44,303 nt of DNA, from NCBI GenBank assembly GCA_040386535.1, contig JAZKFH010000027.1, positions 1 to 44,303 of the forward strand. Direction: 5' to 3'. The translations under genes and the position numbers were made by a program. This document shows, piece after piece, positions 8,662 through 18,835 of this stretch. The notes beneath the pieces are model-generated. The model was given only the letters and a program-made list of their open reading frames with translations, had not been told where the DNA came from and searched no databases. The stretch's first letter is position 1. The number at the start of each line of letters is the position of its first letter. The DNA is from Myxococcota bacterium. Lineage in GTDB: Bacteria; Myxococcota_A; UBA796; SXON01.

Positions 8662-9801
8662 TCAGATGGCGAAGCGCAGGGTCGCCGCGACCTCGCTCGC
8701 GCCGGGCATGTCGCCCTTGCGAAGCGCGATCACCTTGGCACCCGAGGCGAGGGCGCGGCGGGTGATCTCGCCCACCAGGCTGTAGGGAACGACGCCCGCG
8801 TGCGGCGTGTCGTCGACGGCGCCGCTCTGCTCGTCGAGCGTGCCCTTGAGCTTGCTGTCGATGTCGATGTACAGGGTCTCGATGGAACCAAACGTGGCGG
8901 CGCGCGCCACTTCCTCGAGGTTGTCGCTGGAGCGGTGGCTCTGTAGGCGCCGCTGGTAGTGCTCGTGAAAGTCCTCGACCTTTCCCCGGTAGTGCACCTC
9001 GAGCACCTTGCGCGCCTCCGCGGCGATCTCCCCGAGGGTCAGCCGGTCGGGGCTGTGGGAGATGATCTGGGGGAGCAGGGTCTCGGCGCCGCATTGGTTG
9101 TGGAAGATCGAGGCGATCGGCTGCGCCGCCATCACGATCACGGGGATGTCGCTCCCGTGCAGGGCGGGCGCGAGCGCCGCGTCGACACGTCGGCAATACC
9201 TCGCCAGATCCAGCTTCCTGGCCGTGCCGCCGGTCTGCCCGCGGTCGCCCGAACCCGGGCGCCGGGTCTGTGGCTTCTGCCGGTTGTCCAGGCCGAGCTC
9301 GGTCTGCAGGTCCCTGGGCTGATCGGGAACCTGGATCTCCTCGGGTGGGAGATCGGCGAAGATCTCGATCAGCCGCACGCGGTTCTCGGAGAGCGCGATG
9401 ACATAGGCCGAGTGGTCGAAGGTCGTGGCGCGCAAGAGGGGCTTGATGTCGAAGCGGTCCGAGACCTCCACGCGCGAATCGATCTGGTTTGCCAGGCGGA
9501 AGGTGCGGATCTGATCCGGCGTGGCGAGGACGGCGAGCGTGTTGGCCTGGTAGAGCCAGTAGATCTCGTCGTCCAGGACATCCTCGAGCAGCTCCCGCAG
9601 GTCGGCGCGGCGCGCTTTGGGCACCCCGCGCGCCTCGAGTTGGTTCACGGCCTCGCGGATGAGGTTGGAGAATTCGATCTTGCTGGCGCCCACGTCCGGC
9701 GTGATCGGTGTGGTTCGAAGGTAGATGGATACACAGGCGTCCGCCTTGACGGCGAACAGCGCGGCCAATTCCCTGTCATTGGGCGTGTCGACATACAGCA
9801 T
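8662..9801 (-). CDS. Bacterial archaeo-eukaryotic release factor homolog (baeRF11-like)
   Basis: Starts MLYVDTP after an AGGAGG RBS. Contains CVSIYL.TTP, VSDRF..KPLLRA, AA..G.IETLYID and a C-terminal AATLRF, matching the baeRF3/11-type architecture. Confidence 0.75.
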   Translation of the reverse strand: MLYVDTPNDRELAALFAVKADACVSIYLRTTPITPDVGASKIEFSNLIREAVNQLEARGVPKARRADLRELLEDVLDDEIYWLYQANTLAVLATPDQIRTFRLANQIDSRVEVSDRFDIKPLLRATTFDHSAYVIALSENRVRLIEIFADLPPEEIQVPDQPRDLQTELGLDNRQKPQTRRPGSGDRGQTGGTARKLDLARYCRRVDAALAPALHGSDIPVIVMAAQPIASIFHNQCGAETLLPQIISHSPDRLTLGEIAAEARKVLEVHYRGKVEDFHEHYQRRLQSHRSSDNLEEVARAATFGSIETLYIDIDSKLKGTLDEQSGAVDDTPHAGVVPYSLVGEITRRALASGAKVIALRKGDMPGASEVAATLRFAI

Positions 9802-9836
9802 GCAATGTTCCTCCTGGTGGGTGAAGGGCCCAATCG

Positions 9837-11411
9837 TCAGTGAACCGCCTGGGGGCGCGCCTCTTCCACGGGGGGCCGGAAGGTCATCAGGAAATCGATC
9901 AGCAGCCGCGTTCCGAACGCGGTCGCGCCCTTGGAGCGCCACGACTCGTCGTTCTCGACCCGCGCTGTGCCGGCGATGTCCAGGTGGGCCCAGGGGATGT
10001 CCGCCACGAACTCCTGCAGGAACAACGCGGCGGTGATGGCGCCGGCGTTCTCCCCGCCCACGTTCTTCAGATCGGCGATCTCCGAGTCGAGCTCCTTGCG
10101 GTAGCGCGCGTCGAGCGGGAGCTGCCACACCGTCTCGTTCGTTCGCTCCGCCGCGGCGTCCACCTGGTCGACGAGATCCTGTTGGTTTCCGATGACCCCC
10201 GCCGACGAATTTCCGAGCGCCCGCTGGCACGCGCCGGTCAGCGTCGCGATGTCCACGATCGCGTCCGGCCGCGGGTTCTGCTCGGTCGCGAGCATCAGCC
10301 CATCCGCCAGCACGAGGCGCCCCTCGGCGTCGATGTTCTGGACCTCGACGGTCTTCCCGCCGCGGATCGTGAGCACGTCGCCGAGCTTCAGGGCCGCGCC
10401 CGAGGGCATGTTGTCGGTACACATGAGGTAGCCGGTGACGGTGGACCCGCACCCCAGCGCCTTCAGCGTGGTCATCGAGGCGAGCACGGCCGCCGCCCCG
10501 GACATGTCCGTCTTCATCGTGGCGTGGATCAGATCATTCGGCTTGAGGCTGATGCCGCCGGAGTCGAACATGATGCCCTTGCCGACGAGCACGACGTTCC
10601 CAACCGGCTCGACGGCCTTTCCTTGCGCATCCTTCGGCCGGTACGTCAGCTTGACCAGGCGAGGGGGCTCCGCGCTGCCCGCGTTGACCCCCAACATGCC
10701 GCCACACCCCATCTTGGCGAGCGCGTCGCCATCGAACACCTCGACCTCGAGCCCGCACGCGGGCGCGAGCGCCTGGGCGATGTCGGCCATCCGTCGCGCG
10801 GTCAGGAGGGTGGCCGGGGCGTTGGCGAGGTCGCGCGCGAGGTACACCGCGCGGGTCGTCACGCCGGCACGCTCGATCCCGGGCTGGACATCCTTGGGAC
10901 CCCCGGGGACGACAAGCGTGAGCTCCGCGAGCGCGGGCTCCTGGTCGGGCTGCCGTCGGAGCGAATTGAACCGGTACCGCGCCAGGAGCGCCCCCTCCAC
11001 CAACGCCTGGGCGGCGGCGTCCGGCTTCACCCCGTCCGCCTGTACCATCGGGATGGCGAGGTGGGGGTGTCGGCACGCGGCGCGCGCGAAGGCCGCCGCC
11101 GCGTCCCGGAGCCTGGCCGCATCGAGCTCCGCGCGCGGGCCGACGCCGAAGACCACGAACGTCGGGCTCGAAGGCCTCGGAATGACGAGTGTTTGCCCGA
11201 CCTTCCCGTCGAAGCCCGCCGCGGTCAGCGCCGCGCGGTCGAGGCCGACTTCACCTGGGATCGCGCCGTCCGTACCGACCGGGAACCCGACGGCGCCGGC
11301 ACCCTTGGGAACGGACGCCGAGACGCCGATCTTCGCCGTCGTCGGCTTCGCCAGGGAGGGAGCGGGGTCGTAGGTGCTCTGGACATCGGCGTGCAGGGAT
11401 GGGAATGACAT
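9837..11411 (-). CDS. pepA: Leucyl aminopeptidase, peptidase M17
   Basis: GKGIMFDSGGISLK, MK.DM.GAA, N(I)DAEGRL.LAD, IATLTGA and W.HLDIAG. Confidence 0.93.
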   Translation of the reverse strand: MSFPSLHADVQSTYDPAPSLAKPTTAKIGVSASVPKGAGAVGFPVGTDGAIPGEVGLDRAALTAAGFDGKVGQTLVIPRPSSPTFVVFGVGPRAELDAARLRDAAAAFARAACRHPHLAIPMVQADGVKPDAAAQALVEGALLARYRFNSLRRQPDQEPALAELTLVVPGGPKDVQPGIERAGVTTRAVYLARDLANAPATLLTARRMADIAQALAPACGLEVEVFDGDALAKMGCGGMLGVNAGSAEPPRLVKLTYRPKDAQGKAVEPVGNVVLVGKGIMFDSGGISLKPNDLIHATMKTDMSGAAAVLASMTTLKALGCGSTVTGYLMCTDNMPSGAALKLGDVLTIRGGKTVEVQNIDAEGRLVLADGLMLATEQNPRPDAIVDIATLTGACQRALGNSSAGVIGNQQDLVDQVDAAAERTNETVWQLPLDARYRKELDSEIADLKNVGGENAGAITAALFLQEFVADIPWAHLDIAGTARVENDESWRSKGATAFGTRLLIDFLMTFRPPVEEARPQAVH

Positions 11412-11471
11412 GAAAAATCGAACCTCCCGTAGCTGGGTTGACTGCAGAACTTCGCGCGAGCGAGCGGAGCG

Positions 11472-13025
11472 TTACCCGAGCCCCCAGGGAAGACCGAGCA
11501 TCTCCCAGGCGGCGAGCAGGACCGTCCAGACGACGAAGACGACCACGACGTAGGGCAACATCAGGGCCACCACCGTCCCCACGCCCGCATCCGCCTTGTA
11601 CTTCTGCGCAAAGCTCACGATCAGCGCGAAGTAGGCGTTGAGCGGCGAGACCGCGTTCATCGGGCCATCGCCGACACGGTAGGCGGCGAGCACCGCCTCC
11701 GGGTCGACGTTCAGGCGCATGAGCAGCGGCACGAAGACGGGCGCGAAGATGGCCCACTTCGGGATCGAGCCGGTCATGATGAGGTCGAGGATGCCCACCA
11801 CCACCACGAACCCGATGAGCAGAGGCAATGCCCCGAGGCCCGCGCTCTCGAGGGCGTCCCCCATCTTCACGGCCGCGAGCACGGCCATGTTGGTGTAGGT
11901 GAAGAACGCGATGAATTGGCTGATGATGAACAACAGGAAGATGAGCGGCCCCAGCTCCCGGACGGCCTTCTCCATGGCGCGGATCACGTCGACCGTGCTC
12001 TTCATCGTGCGGGCACCGATGCCATAGCCCAGGCCCGTTGCCAGAAAAAGCGCGGCGATGAACACGATCATCCCGTTCATGAACGGGGAGTCCCCGATCA
12101 ACGCCCCGGTCTCCGGGTTCCGCAGGGGTGCGCCCGGTGGCAACGCGAGCAGCCCGAAGAACACGAGGACCCCGACGAGCCCCACCATCGCGTACTTGAG
12201 CCCGCGCGACTCGTCCGTGGACATCTCCTTCCCGCCGACGGCCGGCCGCTGGCCGGTGTACGGACCCAGGCGCGGCTCGACGAATTTGTCCGTGATGAGC
12301 GCGACGACCAAGGTGAGCGCGAGCACGGAGCCGACGGAGAACCAGAAGTTTGCCGCGAGGTTGATCGAGAGCGCGGGGTCGACGATGTGGATGGCGTCGT
12401 TGGTGATCTCGGTGAGGATGCCGTCCAGCGGCTTGATGAGGATGTTCACCGTGAACACCGCCGCGACGCCCGCGAATGACGCCGCCAGCCCCGCCAATGG
12501 ATTGCGGCCGAGGCTCAAGAAGGCGGCGGCCGCCAACGGAATCAGGACCAGGTAGCCGGCGTCCGCCGCGACGCTCGACAGGATGCCGACGAACACCAGG
12601 ATGTAGGTGATGGCCCGGGCCGGTGCCACGAGCACGAGCTTGTGGATCAACGCGCCGATCAAGCCCGCCGATTCGGCCACGCCCACGCCGAGCATGGCGA
12701 CGATGATGACGCCGACGGCGTTGAAGGCCATGAAGTTGCTGACTACACCCGCGTACATGAAGCGGATCCCTTCCGCCGTGAGCAGGCTCTGCGCGGCGGC
12801 GACCGTCTCGACCAGCTCGTCCGTTTCGGGGTTGATCGTCTCGAAGGTGACAGCCGCGCCGAGCAGGTAGAGGATGTGTGACAGCACCACGACGATGCCG
12901 ATGAGGAGGACGAAGATGACCGCTGGATGCGGAACCTTGTTCCCCACCCGCTCGACCGCGTCCAGGAACCGCTCCATCCGCGTTCTCTCGTGCACCTCCA
13001 TCGGCTCGAAACTGTCTTCGTTCAT
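11472..13025 (-). CDS. abgT: AbgT family transporter
   Basis: ATG13025 after GGAGGGGG. FLD.VER.GNK.PHP, DAGYLVLIPL, GRNPLAGL, KWAIFAPVFVP and AYRVGD. Confidence 0.9.
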   Translation of the reverse strand: MNEDSFEPMEVHERTRMERFLDAVERVGNKVPHPAVIFVLLIGIVVVLSHILYLLGAAVTFETINPETDELVETVAAAQSLLTAEGIRFMYAGVVSNFMAFNAVGVIIVAMLGVGVAESAGLIGALIHKLVLVAPARAITYILVFVGILSSVAADAGYLVLIPLAAAAFLSLGRNPLAGLAASFAGVAAVFTVNILIKPLDGILTEITNDAIHIVDPALSINLAANFWFSVGSVLALTLVVALITDKFVEPRLGPYTGQRPAVGGKEMSTDESRGLKYAMVGLVGVLVFFGLLALPPGAPLRNPETGALIGDSPFMNGMIVFIAALFLATGLGYGIGARTMKSTVDVIRAMEKAVRELGPLIFLLFIISQFIAFFTYTNMAVLAAVKMGDALESAGLGALPLLIGFVVVVGILDLIMTGSIPKWAIFAPVFVPLLMRLNVDPEAVLAAYRVGDGPMNAVSPLNAYFALIVSFAQKYKADAGVGTVVALMLPYVVVVFVVWTVLLAAWEMLGLPWGLG

Positions 13026-13223
13026 GCCCCCTCCAGCGTTGCGAACCAACCCTCGAAGCCGTCGACCGCGGCGAGAGGATCGTGGACACGGCACCTGGGG
13101 TGAAAAGCGGCGTTCCCGTTCCCGGACGCGCACTTCGGTGCCATCCACTCCGGCGACACCACTCCGGCAACTCAATTTGCGACCCGTGACAGCGCGAAAC
13201 CGTCGATGCCCCCGAGCGCGTAG

Positions 13224-13664
13224 ATGTTCTCCCTGCCGATGTCCGAGCGCCCGCCAGCAACGCGTCAGGATCTGTTCCGGGAGCTGCTGGTCGGTACGCT
13301 GATCTATTCGGTCGTCTTCGGCCTGTTCGACGACTACACCGATCTGCTCGCTACGAGCAGCTATTCGACGACATTCCTGGCGGCGTTGGTGATGCAGTCC
13401 ATGGTCTACCCAACGCTCAGGCTGAAGGGATGGATTGCGCGGTGGTTCAGCGGGAAGGCAGGCGCCTGGAACAAGGTCGGGCTCGTCTTGGGTGTGTGGT
13501 CGGTGATGTTCTTGTCCAAGTTCGTGTTCCTGGCCGTCATCGACCGCGTGTTCGGTCGGTCGGTCGACATCAGCGGCTTCATCGGACTGGCCGCGATGAT
13601 CCTCTGCGCCACGGTCTTGAGTGGGTTGTCCAACCTCGTCCATCACAAGCTCGGCGCCGCCTGA
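13224..13664 (+). CDS. Hypothetical 4-TM membrane protein (start may be ATG13239)
   Basis: Hydrophobic ORF divergent from abgT, with SKFVFL..ID..FG..V.ISGF. Confidence 0.65.
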   Translation: MFSLPMSERPPATRQDLFRELLVGTLIYSVVFGLFDDYTDLLATSSYSTTFLAALVMQSMVYPTLRLKGWIARWFSGKAGAWNKVGLVLGVWSVMFLSKFVFLAVIDRVFGRSVDISGFIGLAAMILCATVLSGLSNLVHHKLGAA

Positions 13665-13685
13665 CCTCGGCGCCGCCGAAGCCGC

Positions 13686-15536
13686 TCACCACCCGTACAG
13701 CGCCGCCGCCCGGAGCGCGAGCCGTTCCACCGGCGTGAGCGCCGCGCGCTCGTCCAGCACCGCGGCGGCGACGCTCGGCGCGTCGGTGATGAGGCCGTCA
13801 GCGCCGCGGTCGACCGCCGCCGAGAGCGCGACGGGGTCCGCCAGGGTCCACACGAAGACCTCCTGCCCGCGCGTGTGTGCGCGGGCGATCAGCGCCGCGT
13901 CGGCCCAGGAGTCGTGCACGGCGATGAAGTCGGCCCCGGCCCAGGTCGGGTCGCCGATCGAGAGCGAGGTGAGCAGCCCCGAAGGCACGCCGGGCGCGAG
14001 GCGGCGCACCTCGTCGATGGTGTGGCCGTAGAAGGACATGATCCGGGTGGGCGGGGCGAGCAGCCCGTGGCGGCCGAGGACCTCCACGACCGCGGGCAGG
14101 AGCTCGGGGTCCGGGCCGTAATACTTCAGCTCGATGAGGAGGGCGATCCGGCCATCGGCGGCGTCGGCGAACTCGTCGAGCGTGGGGACGCGTTCACCCG
14201 TCCAACGCGTGCCCCTCCCGATGTCCGCGGCTTTCACCTCGGCGAGCGTGCTGTCGCGCACGCGGATGGGCAAGCCGGCGACGCGGGCCAGGTCGGCGTC
14301 GTGCACCAGGACGACCGCCCCGTCCGCGGTTCGTTGCGCGTCGATCTCGGCCATGTGTGCGCCCGCGGCGATGGCCTGCCGGAGCGCTGCGAGCGAATTC
14401 TCCGGCGCGGCTCCTTCCTTCGCGCGGTGGGCCACGACACGCGCGGCGTCCGGGCTGCGGACGCCCGCGAGCACGTTCGCGGCCCCGGACAGCGCTGCCA
14501 CGACCGCGCCGAGCGCGAGCGCGGCCGCCAGTCCGGCCCCGAGGCGCGGCGGGCCCCACGGGGCGCTCGCCGAGACCGGGACGCGCGGGACCCCGCCCGT
14601 GGCCTCCCGCGCCCTCCTCCAGGCGGCGACGCAGAGGAAGGCGCCCACCGACACGGCGACGATGTTCCAGACGAGCAGCAGGGCCCCGTGTGTCAGGGCG
14701 ACCGCGCCGAGGAACAGGGCGGCTGGGTACAGCGCATCGAGCGCGAGCGCGAGCCCGGTCCGGGCAGCGACGCCGGCCAGCGCGCTCATGAGCGGCGGGA
14801 CGAGGAGCGTGACGACCACCCACGCCGCGACGCCCAGGATGGCGGACGGGAGCCGCGCGCGCAGCAGGCGAGCGCTCGTGCCATAGGCCCGCCGCGGGGG
14901 GACCCCCTCGAGGAGGACGAGGCACGGGACCGCGGCGTACTGGCCCAGCAGGGCCGCCAGCGCGATCACGACCGCCACGACGAGCGCGACTCCGATGCCG
15001 ACGGCCAGCCGCCACTCTCGCGGGGTCGTCGCGAGGTACCAGTTGATGTCGTGCTCGCCGAGGAGCATCGTCCCCGCCGCCGCACCCACGGCGACGAAGG
15101 GCGCCAGCAGCAAGCAGACGCGCAGGGCCATGTGGGCGGTCATCGCGACGATCCCGCCCGCCCGCCGGAGCACGAGGCCGAGAGCGTCGCGCCACGTCAC
15201 GCGTCGGCCCTCCCACGCCGCCGCGGCGATCACCGTCAACCCGACGAGCTGCGCGATCTGTACCGTCCCCCAGACCACCGCGATCACGACAAACGAGACG
15301 AAGCCGCCCGGCGTGGACGCCCAGCGGAGCAGGTCGGTGTTGGAGACCACTGTTCGCCCGGTCGTGGCGAGGAGCCCGCGCAGGGCCAGGGCCCCGATCG
15401 GCGCTCCGATCACGACGATTGCCGCCTCGAACGCGAAGCCGAACGCGATCACGTCCGGCAGGGCGCGCCGGAGCGCGACCCCGGCGGACGTGGCGGGGGA
15501 CGTGCCGTTGGAATTCGGTGGGGAGCCGTCGGGCAT
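13686..15536 (-). CDS. Glycerophosphodiester phosphodiesterase with an N-terminal membrane domain
   Basis: Multi-TM N-terminus. GDPD motifs VAHRA, ENSLAA, EIDAQ.T.DG..V..HD, IELK, WT and DGLITD. Start position is uncertain. Confidence 0.88.
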   Translation of the reverse strand: MPDGSPPNSNGTSPATSAGVALRRALPDVIAFGFAFEAAIVVIGAPIGALALRGLLATTGRTVVSNTDLLRWASTPGGFVSFVVIAVVWGTVQIAQLVGLTVIAAAAWEGRRVTWRDALGLVLRRAGGIVAMTAHMALRVCLLLAPFVAVGAAAGTMLLGEHDINWYLATTPREWRLAVGIGVALVVAVVIALAALLGQYAAVPCLVLLEGVPPRRAYGTSARLLRARLPSAILGVAAWVVVTLLVPPLMSALAGVAARTGLALALDALYPAALFLGAVALTHGALLLVWNIVAVSVGAFLCVAAWRRAREATGGVPRVPVSASAPWGPPRLGAGLAAALALGAVVAALSGAANVLAGVRSPDAARVVAHRAKEGAAPENSLAALRQAIAAGAHMAEIDAQRTADGAVVLVHDADLARVAGLPIRVRDSTLAEVKAADIGRGTRWTGERVPTLDEFADAADGRIALLIELKYYGPDPELLPAVVEVLGRHGLLAPPTRIMSFYGHTIDEVRRLAPGVPSGLLTSLSIGDPTWAGADFIAVHDSWADAALIARAHTRGQEVFVWTLADPVALSAAVDRGADGLITDAPSVAAAVLDERAALTPVERLALRAAALYGW

Positions 15537-15691
15537 CGCGTGGGGCCGGGAGAGGGCTCCCCTCCTAAACACCACCGCTTGCTCGAACCGCGCGGCGCGC
15601 CCCCCGATCGCTGCCCAGGTATTTACGGCGCCGCCGCCCGTCCCTATCCCCAGCTCTTGGGACTCGAACCTGGGAAGGCGAGGGATTGAAC

Positions 15692-16690
15692 GTGGGAACA
15701 ACGACCGGGTCGGACGCGCACGACACTTACATTTCGACTGGACACCTGCCGCCCCCAGACCGGGTGGACGCGTTGGTTGCCGAGGCGCATCGGCGCTACC
15801 GGGGAAACGTCGACGGGAGCTGTTCGGAGGTGTATCCAGCGCTTGCGCGGGTGCGCCCCGATCTGTTCGGTGTGTGCCTGACCGGGATCGACGGCCGGGT
15901 GTACTCCGCCGGAGACGCGGATCACGTCTTCACGATCATGAGTGTGTCAAAACCGTTCGTGTTCGCCCTGGTGTGTCAGGCGCTCGGCTCTGAGCCCGCA
16001 CGTCGGATGCTCGGGGTGAACAGCACCGGACAAGCGTTCAATTCGGTCATGGCCGTGGACCAGAGCGTTGACGGGCGCACGAACCCGATGGTCAACGCCG
16101 GTGCGCTCGCGACGACCAGCCTCGTCCCTGGTGAGAGCGCCGAGGCGAAGTGGCGCTTCATCCACGAGGGGCTCTCGCGGTTCGCGGGGCGAACGCTGGT
16201 GATCGACGAGGAGGTGTACGCCTCGGCTTCTCGGACGCACCACCGCAACCACGGCATCGCCTGGATCCTGCACGGCCTGGGGCGCCTCCTCACGGACCCG
16301 GGGACGACCACCGACCTCTATACGCGCCAGTGCTCACTGGGCGTGACCGCACGCGACCTCGCGGTGATGGGCGCCACGCTGGCCGACGGCGGCGTGCATC
16401 CAACCACCCGGGTGCGTGTGGTGGACGCCGAGGTGTGTCACCACACGCTCGCGGTCATGGCCACGGCCGGGATGTACGAGACCTCGGGGGATTGGTTGTA
16501 CGACGTGGGTGTGCCCGGCAAGAGCGGGATCGGCGGCGGCATCGTCGCCGTCGCGCCGGGCAAGGGCGCGTTGGGGACGTTCGCCCCGCCGCTGGACGCC
16601 GCGGGCAACAGCGTCAGGGGGCAGCTCGCCGCACGATTCCTGTCACGAGAGCTCGGGCTGACCCTCTTCGCGTCGTCGGACCACCCGTGA
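15692..16690 (+). CDS. glsA: Glutaminase A
   Basis: FTIMSVSKPF (SxxK), NPMVNAGA, GMYE.SG.W and GKSGIGGGI. GTG15692 is better spaced from the GAGGGA RBS than TTG15686. Confidence 0.93.
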   Translation: MGTTTGSDAHDTYISTGHLPPPDRVDALVAEAHRRYRGNVDGSCSEVYPALARVRPDLFGVCLTGIDGRVYSAGDADHVFTIMSVSKPFVFALVCQALGSEPARRMLGVNSTGQAFNSVMAVDQSVDGRTNPMVNAGALATTSLVPGESAEAKWRFIHEGLSRFAGRTLVIDEEVYASASRTHHRNHGIAWILHGLGRLLTDPGTTTDLYTRQCSLGVTARDLAVMGATLADGGVHPTTRVRVVDAEVCHHTLAVMATAGMYETSGDWLYDVGVPGKSGIGGGIVAVAPGKGALGTFAPPLDAAGNSVRGQLAARFLSRELGLTLFASSDHP

Positions 16691-17466
16691 CACACCAGGC
16701 GATGGCGACCCTCCTGATGGTGGCGCTCGAGGTCGGGTTGTTCGTGGCGCTCCTGCTCACCATCGAGCTCGCCTACCGGGCCACGCGCGCGCGAACGCGG
16801 CCGCCGCCCGCGGGGCCCTCGGCCGGCGCCGTCACCGGGGTGGTGTTCTCGCTCCTGGCGCTCGTCCTGGCCTTCTCCTACTCGGACGCCGCCGACCGCC
16901 TCGAGATGCACCGGAACCTCGTGGTCGAGGAGGCCAACACCATCGGCAACGTCTGGTTCCGAATCGACATCATGCAGGCGGAGCAGCAGGGGCCCCTCCG
17001 CGACCTGCTCCGTCGCTATCTGGACGCGCGCATCGACGCGCACGCCGCCCTCCCGGAGATCGCCGAGTTCGAGCGCCACCGCGCCGAAGGCGAGCGGCTG
17101 CGCGACGAGATCTGGACGCGCATGGTGGCCGCCGTCGCGAGGGCGGAGGAGCTCGACGACGTGCTCCTGCTTCCGCCGGTGCTCGAGATGGGCAACGTGG
17201 CCGCCAAGCGGACACTGGCGGTGCGGACCCACCTCATCTCGCCGGCCTTCGGCTTCATGTTCCTGCTCGCGCTCGTGGGCGCGATGCTCGTGGGGGTCAC
17301 CACCGCGGCGGGGGAGGCCCGCAACTGGCCCTACCGGCTGGTCTTCGTCATCGTGGTGTCCACGGCGATCCACGTCGTGATCGACATGGAGTTTCCACGG
17401 ACCGGCATCGTGCGGACGAAGGAGGCGGACTCGCTCCTGCTCGAGGTGCGGGACGACATGCGATGA
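16687..17466 (+). CDS. DUF4239/bestrophin-like membrane protein
   Basis: GTGA overlap with the glsA stop. LLALVLAFSYS.A..R...R...VV.EAN.IG and IDMEFPR.G. Confidence 0.75.
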   Translation: MTHQAMATLLMVALEVGLFVALLLTIELAYRATRARTRPPPAGPSAGAVTGVVFSLLALVLAFSYSDAADRLEMHRNLVVEEANTIGNVWFRIDIMQAEQQGPLRDLLRRYLDARIDAHAALPEIAEFERHRAEGERLRDEIWTRMVAAVARAEELDDVLLLPPVLEMGNVAAKRTLAVRTHLISPAFGFMFLLALVGAMLVGVTTAAGEARNWPYRLVFVIVVSTAIHVVIDMEFPRTGIVRTKEADSLLLEVRDDMR

Positions 17467-17484
17467 CGCTCCCTCGGATTGGGC

Positions 17485-18042
17485 TCACGACGGGAGCATC
17501 CGGTCCTCTGGCGCCCCGAACGCGGACACGCCGCCAATCCCGTGCACCGCCAACGCCACGCCCGCCGTCAGCAAGTCCAGACCGAAGAACACGCCCAGCG
17601 CCCAGCGCGCGGTCTCCGGCCACCCGGCGAGGATGATCAGGCCGAGCGCGATCGTGAGGAAGCCGTTCGCGAGCATCCATCGCCATCCCGGGATGGGCCG
17701 CCAGAAGACCGCCAGGGCGAGCTTCAGCGGCCCCGCGAGGACCATGTAGCCGCCGATCAGCACGCCGATGCCGAGCCCTCGGCTGGGGTCCGCCAGCAGG
17801 AGGCCTCCGGCGGCGATCGCCACCAGGCCCACCAGGACCGAGAGGCCCCAGGCGCGCCCCCGCTCCACCGCCGCTCCGACGACCTCGACCACCCCAGCTA
17901 GGATCAGCACGCCCCCCACGACCATGGTGGTGAGCGTCGGGGCCAGGGCCGGGACGAGCACCAGTCCGAGCCCGCAGAGCAGGAGCACGATCCCGACCGC
18001 CACACATGACCACCGCACGCGCGGCTCCATTTGTCTTGTCAT
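17485..18042 (-). CDS. HdeD/DUF308 acid-resistance membrane protein
   Basis: Six TM segments; W.WML.NG..T..LG..I..GWP..A.WALG.FFG.DL. Confidence 0.82.
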   Translation of the reverse strand: MTRQMEPRVRWSCVAVGIVLLLCGLGLVLVPALAPTLTTMVVGGVLILAGVVEVVGAAVERGRAWGLSVLVGLVAIAAGGLLLADPSRGLGIGVLIGGYMVLAGPLKLALAVFWRPIPGWRWMLANGFLTIALGLIILAGWPETARWALGVFFGLDLLTAGVALAVHGIGGVSAFGAPEDRMLPS

Positions 18043-18188
18043 CGTCCGATCGTAAGGCGGCGCGCGTCTCCGGCGAGCGTGGGTGACCGATGGGCGAAGG
18101 GGTGCCTATGTGAGGGGAGACGGTCCGACCGGGCGCCCGCTGGCTTTCCGCGTCCCCGTCACCGTTCCAACCTTGGAGGACAGACCGA

Positions 18189-18686
18189 ATGAGCGATCTC
18201 ATCGCCGTGAGCTACCCGGACGAGGCCCGCGCGGAGCAGGTCTTCGAGACCCTCAAGCGCCTGCACACCGAGCGGCTGTTGGACGCGGAGGACCTCCTCT
18301 ACGTCACCAAGTCGCGGGACGGAAAGGTACGCCTGCACCAGAACCTGAACACTACCGGCGCCGGCGCCGCGAGCGGGGCCATCTGGGGCGGGATCATCGG
18401 GCTCCTGTTCCTGGCGCCGCTCGTCGGCATGGCGGTCGGGGCGGCGAGTGGGGCGGCGGCGGGCAAGCTGTCTGACTACGGCATCGACGACAAGTTCGTG
18501 AAGGAGCTCGGCACGCAGATGCAGCCCGGCAGCTCGGCCGTCTTCGTGCTGGTGCGCAAGGCCACCCCCGACAAGGTGCTGGCCGAGGTCGGCAAGTACG
18601 GCGGGACCGTGCTGCGCACCTCGCTGTCCAACGACGCGGAGAAGCGGCTCCAAGCCGCGCTCTCGAGCACGCCGGTCCCGGCCTAG
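18189..18686 (+). CDS. DUF1269 domain protein
   Basis: GGAGGA RBS. GAIWGG.IGLLFL.P..G, DYGIDD.F and G.VLRTSLS. Confidence 0.9.
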   Translation: MSDLIAVSYPDEARAEQVFETLKRLHTERLLDAEDLLYVTKSRDGKVRLHQNLNTTGAGAASGAIWGGIIGLLFLAPLVGMAVGAASGAAAGKLSDYGIDDKFVKELGTQMQPGSSAVFVLVRKATPDKVLAEVGKYGGTVLRTSLSNDAEKRLQAALSSTPVPA

Positions 18687-18835
18687 TCGGCTTGGGGAGG
18701 TGCCGGGCACGTCGGCGCCTCCCCCGTTGGTGTCGGCCGCGCCTCCGTAACATTCGGTGCCCACCGATGACATCTCTGCGGTCGCCCATGCTTTGGGAGC
18801 GCCGACATTCCCAACCGAAGCGTTGGGAGAACGAC

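Noticed and set aside
13128..13180. Sigma54-like TGGCAC...TGC (minus strand) and CGGCAA...TTGC (plus strand)
   Set aside because: GG-to-GC spacing is 9 or 11 nt rather than the required 10.
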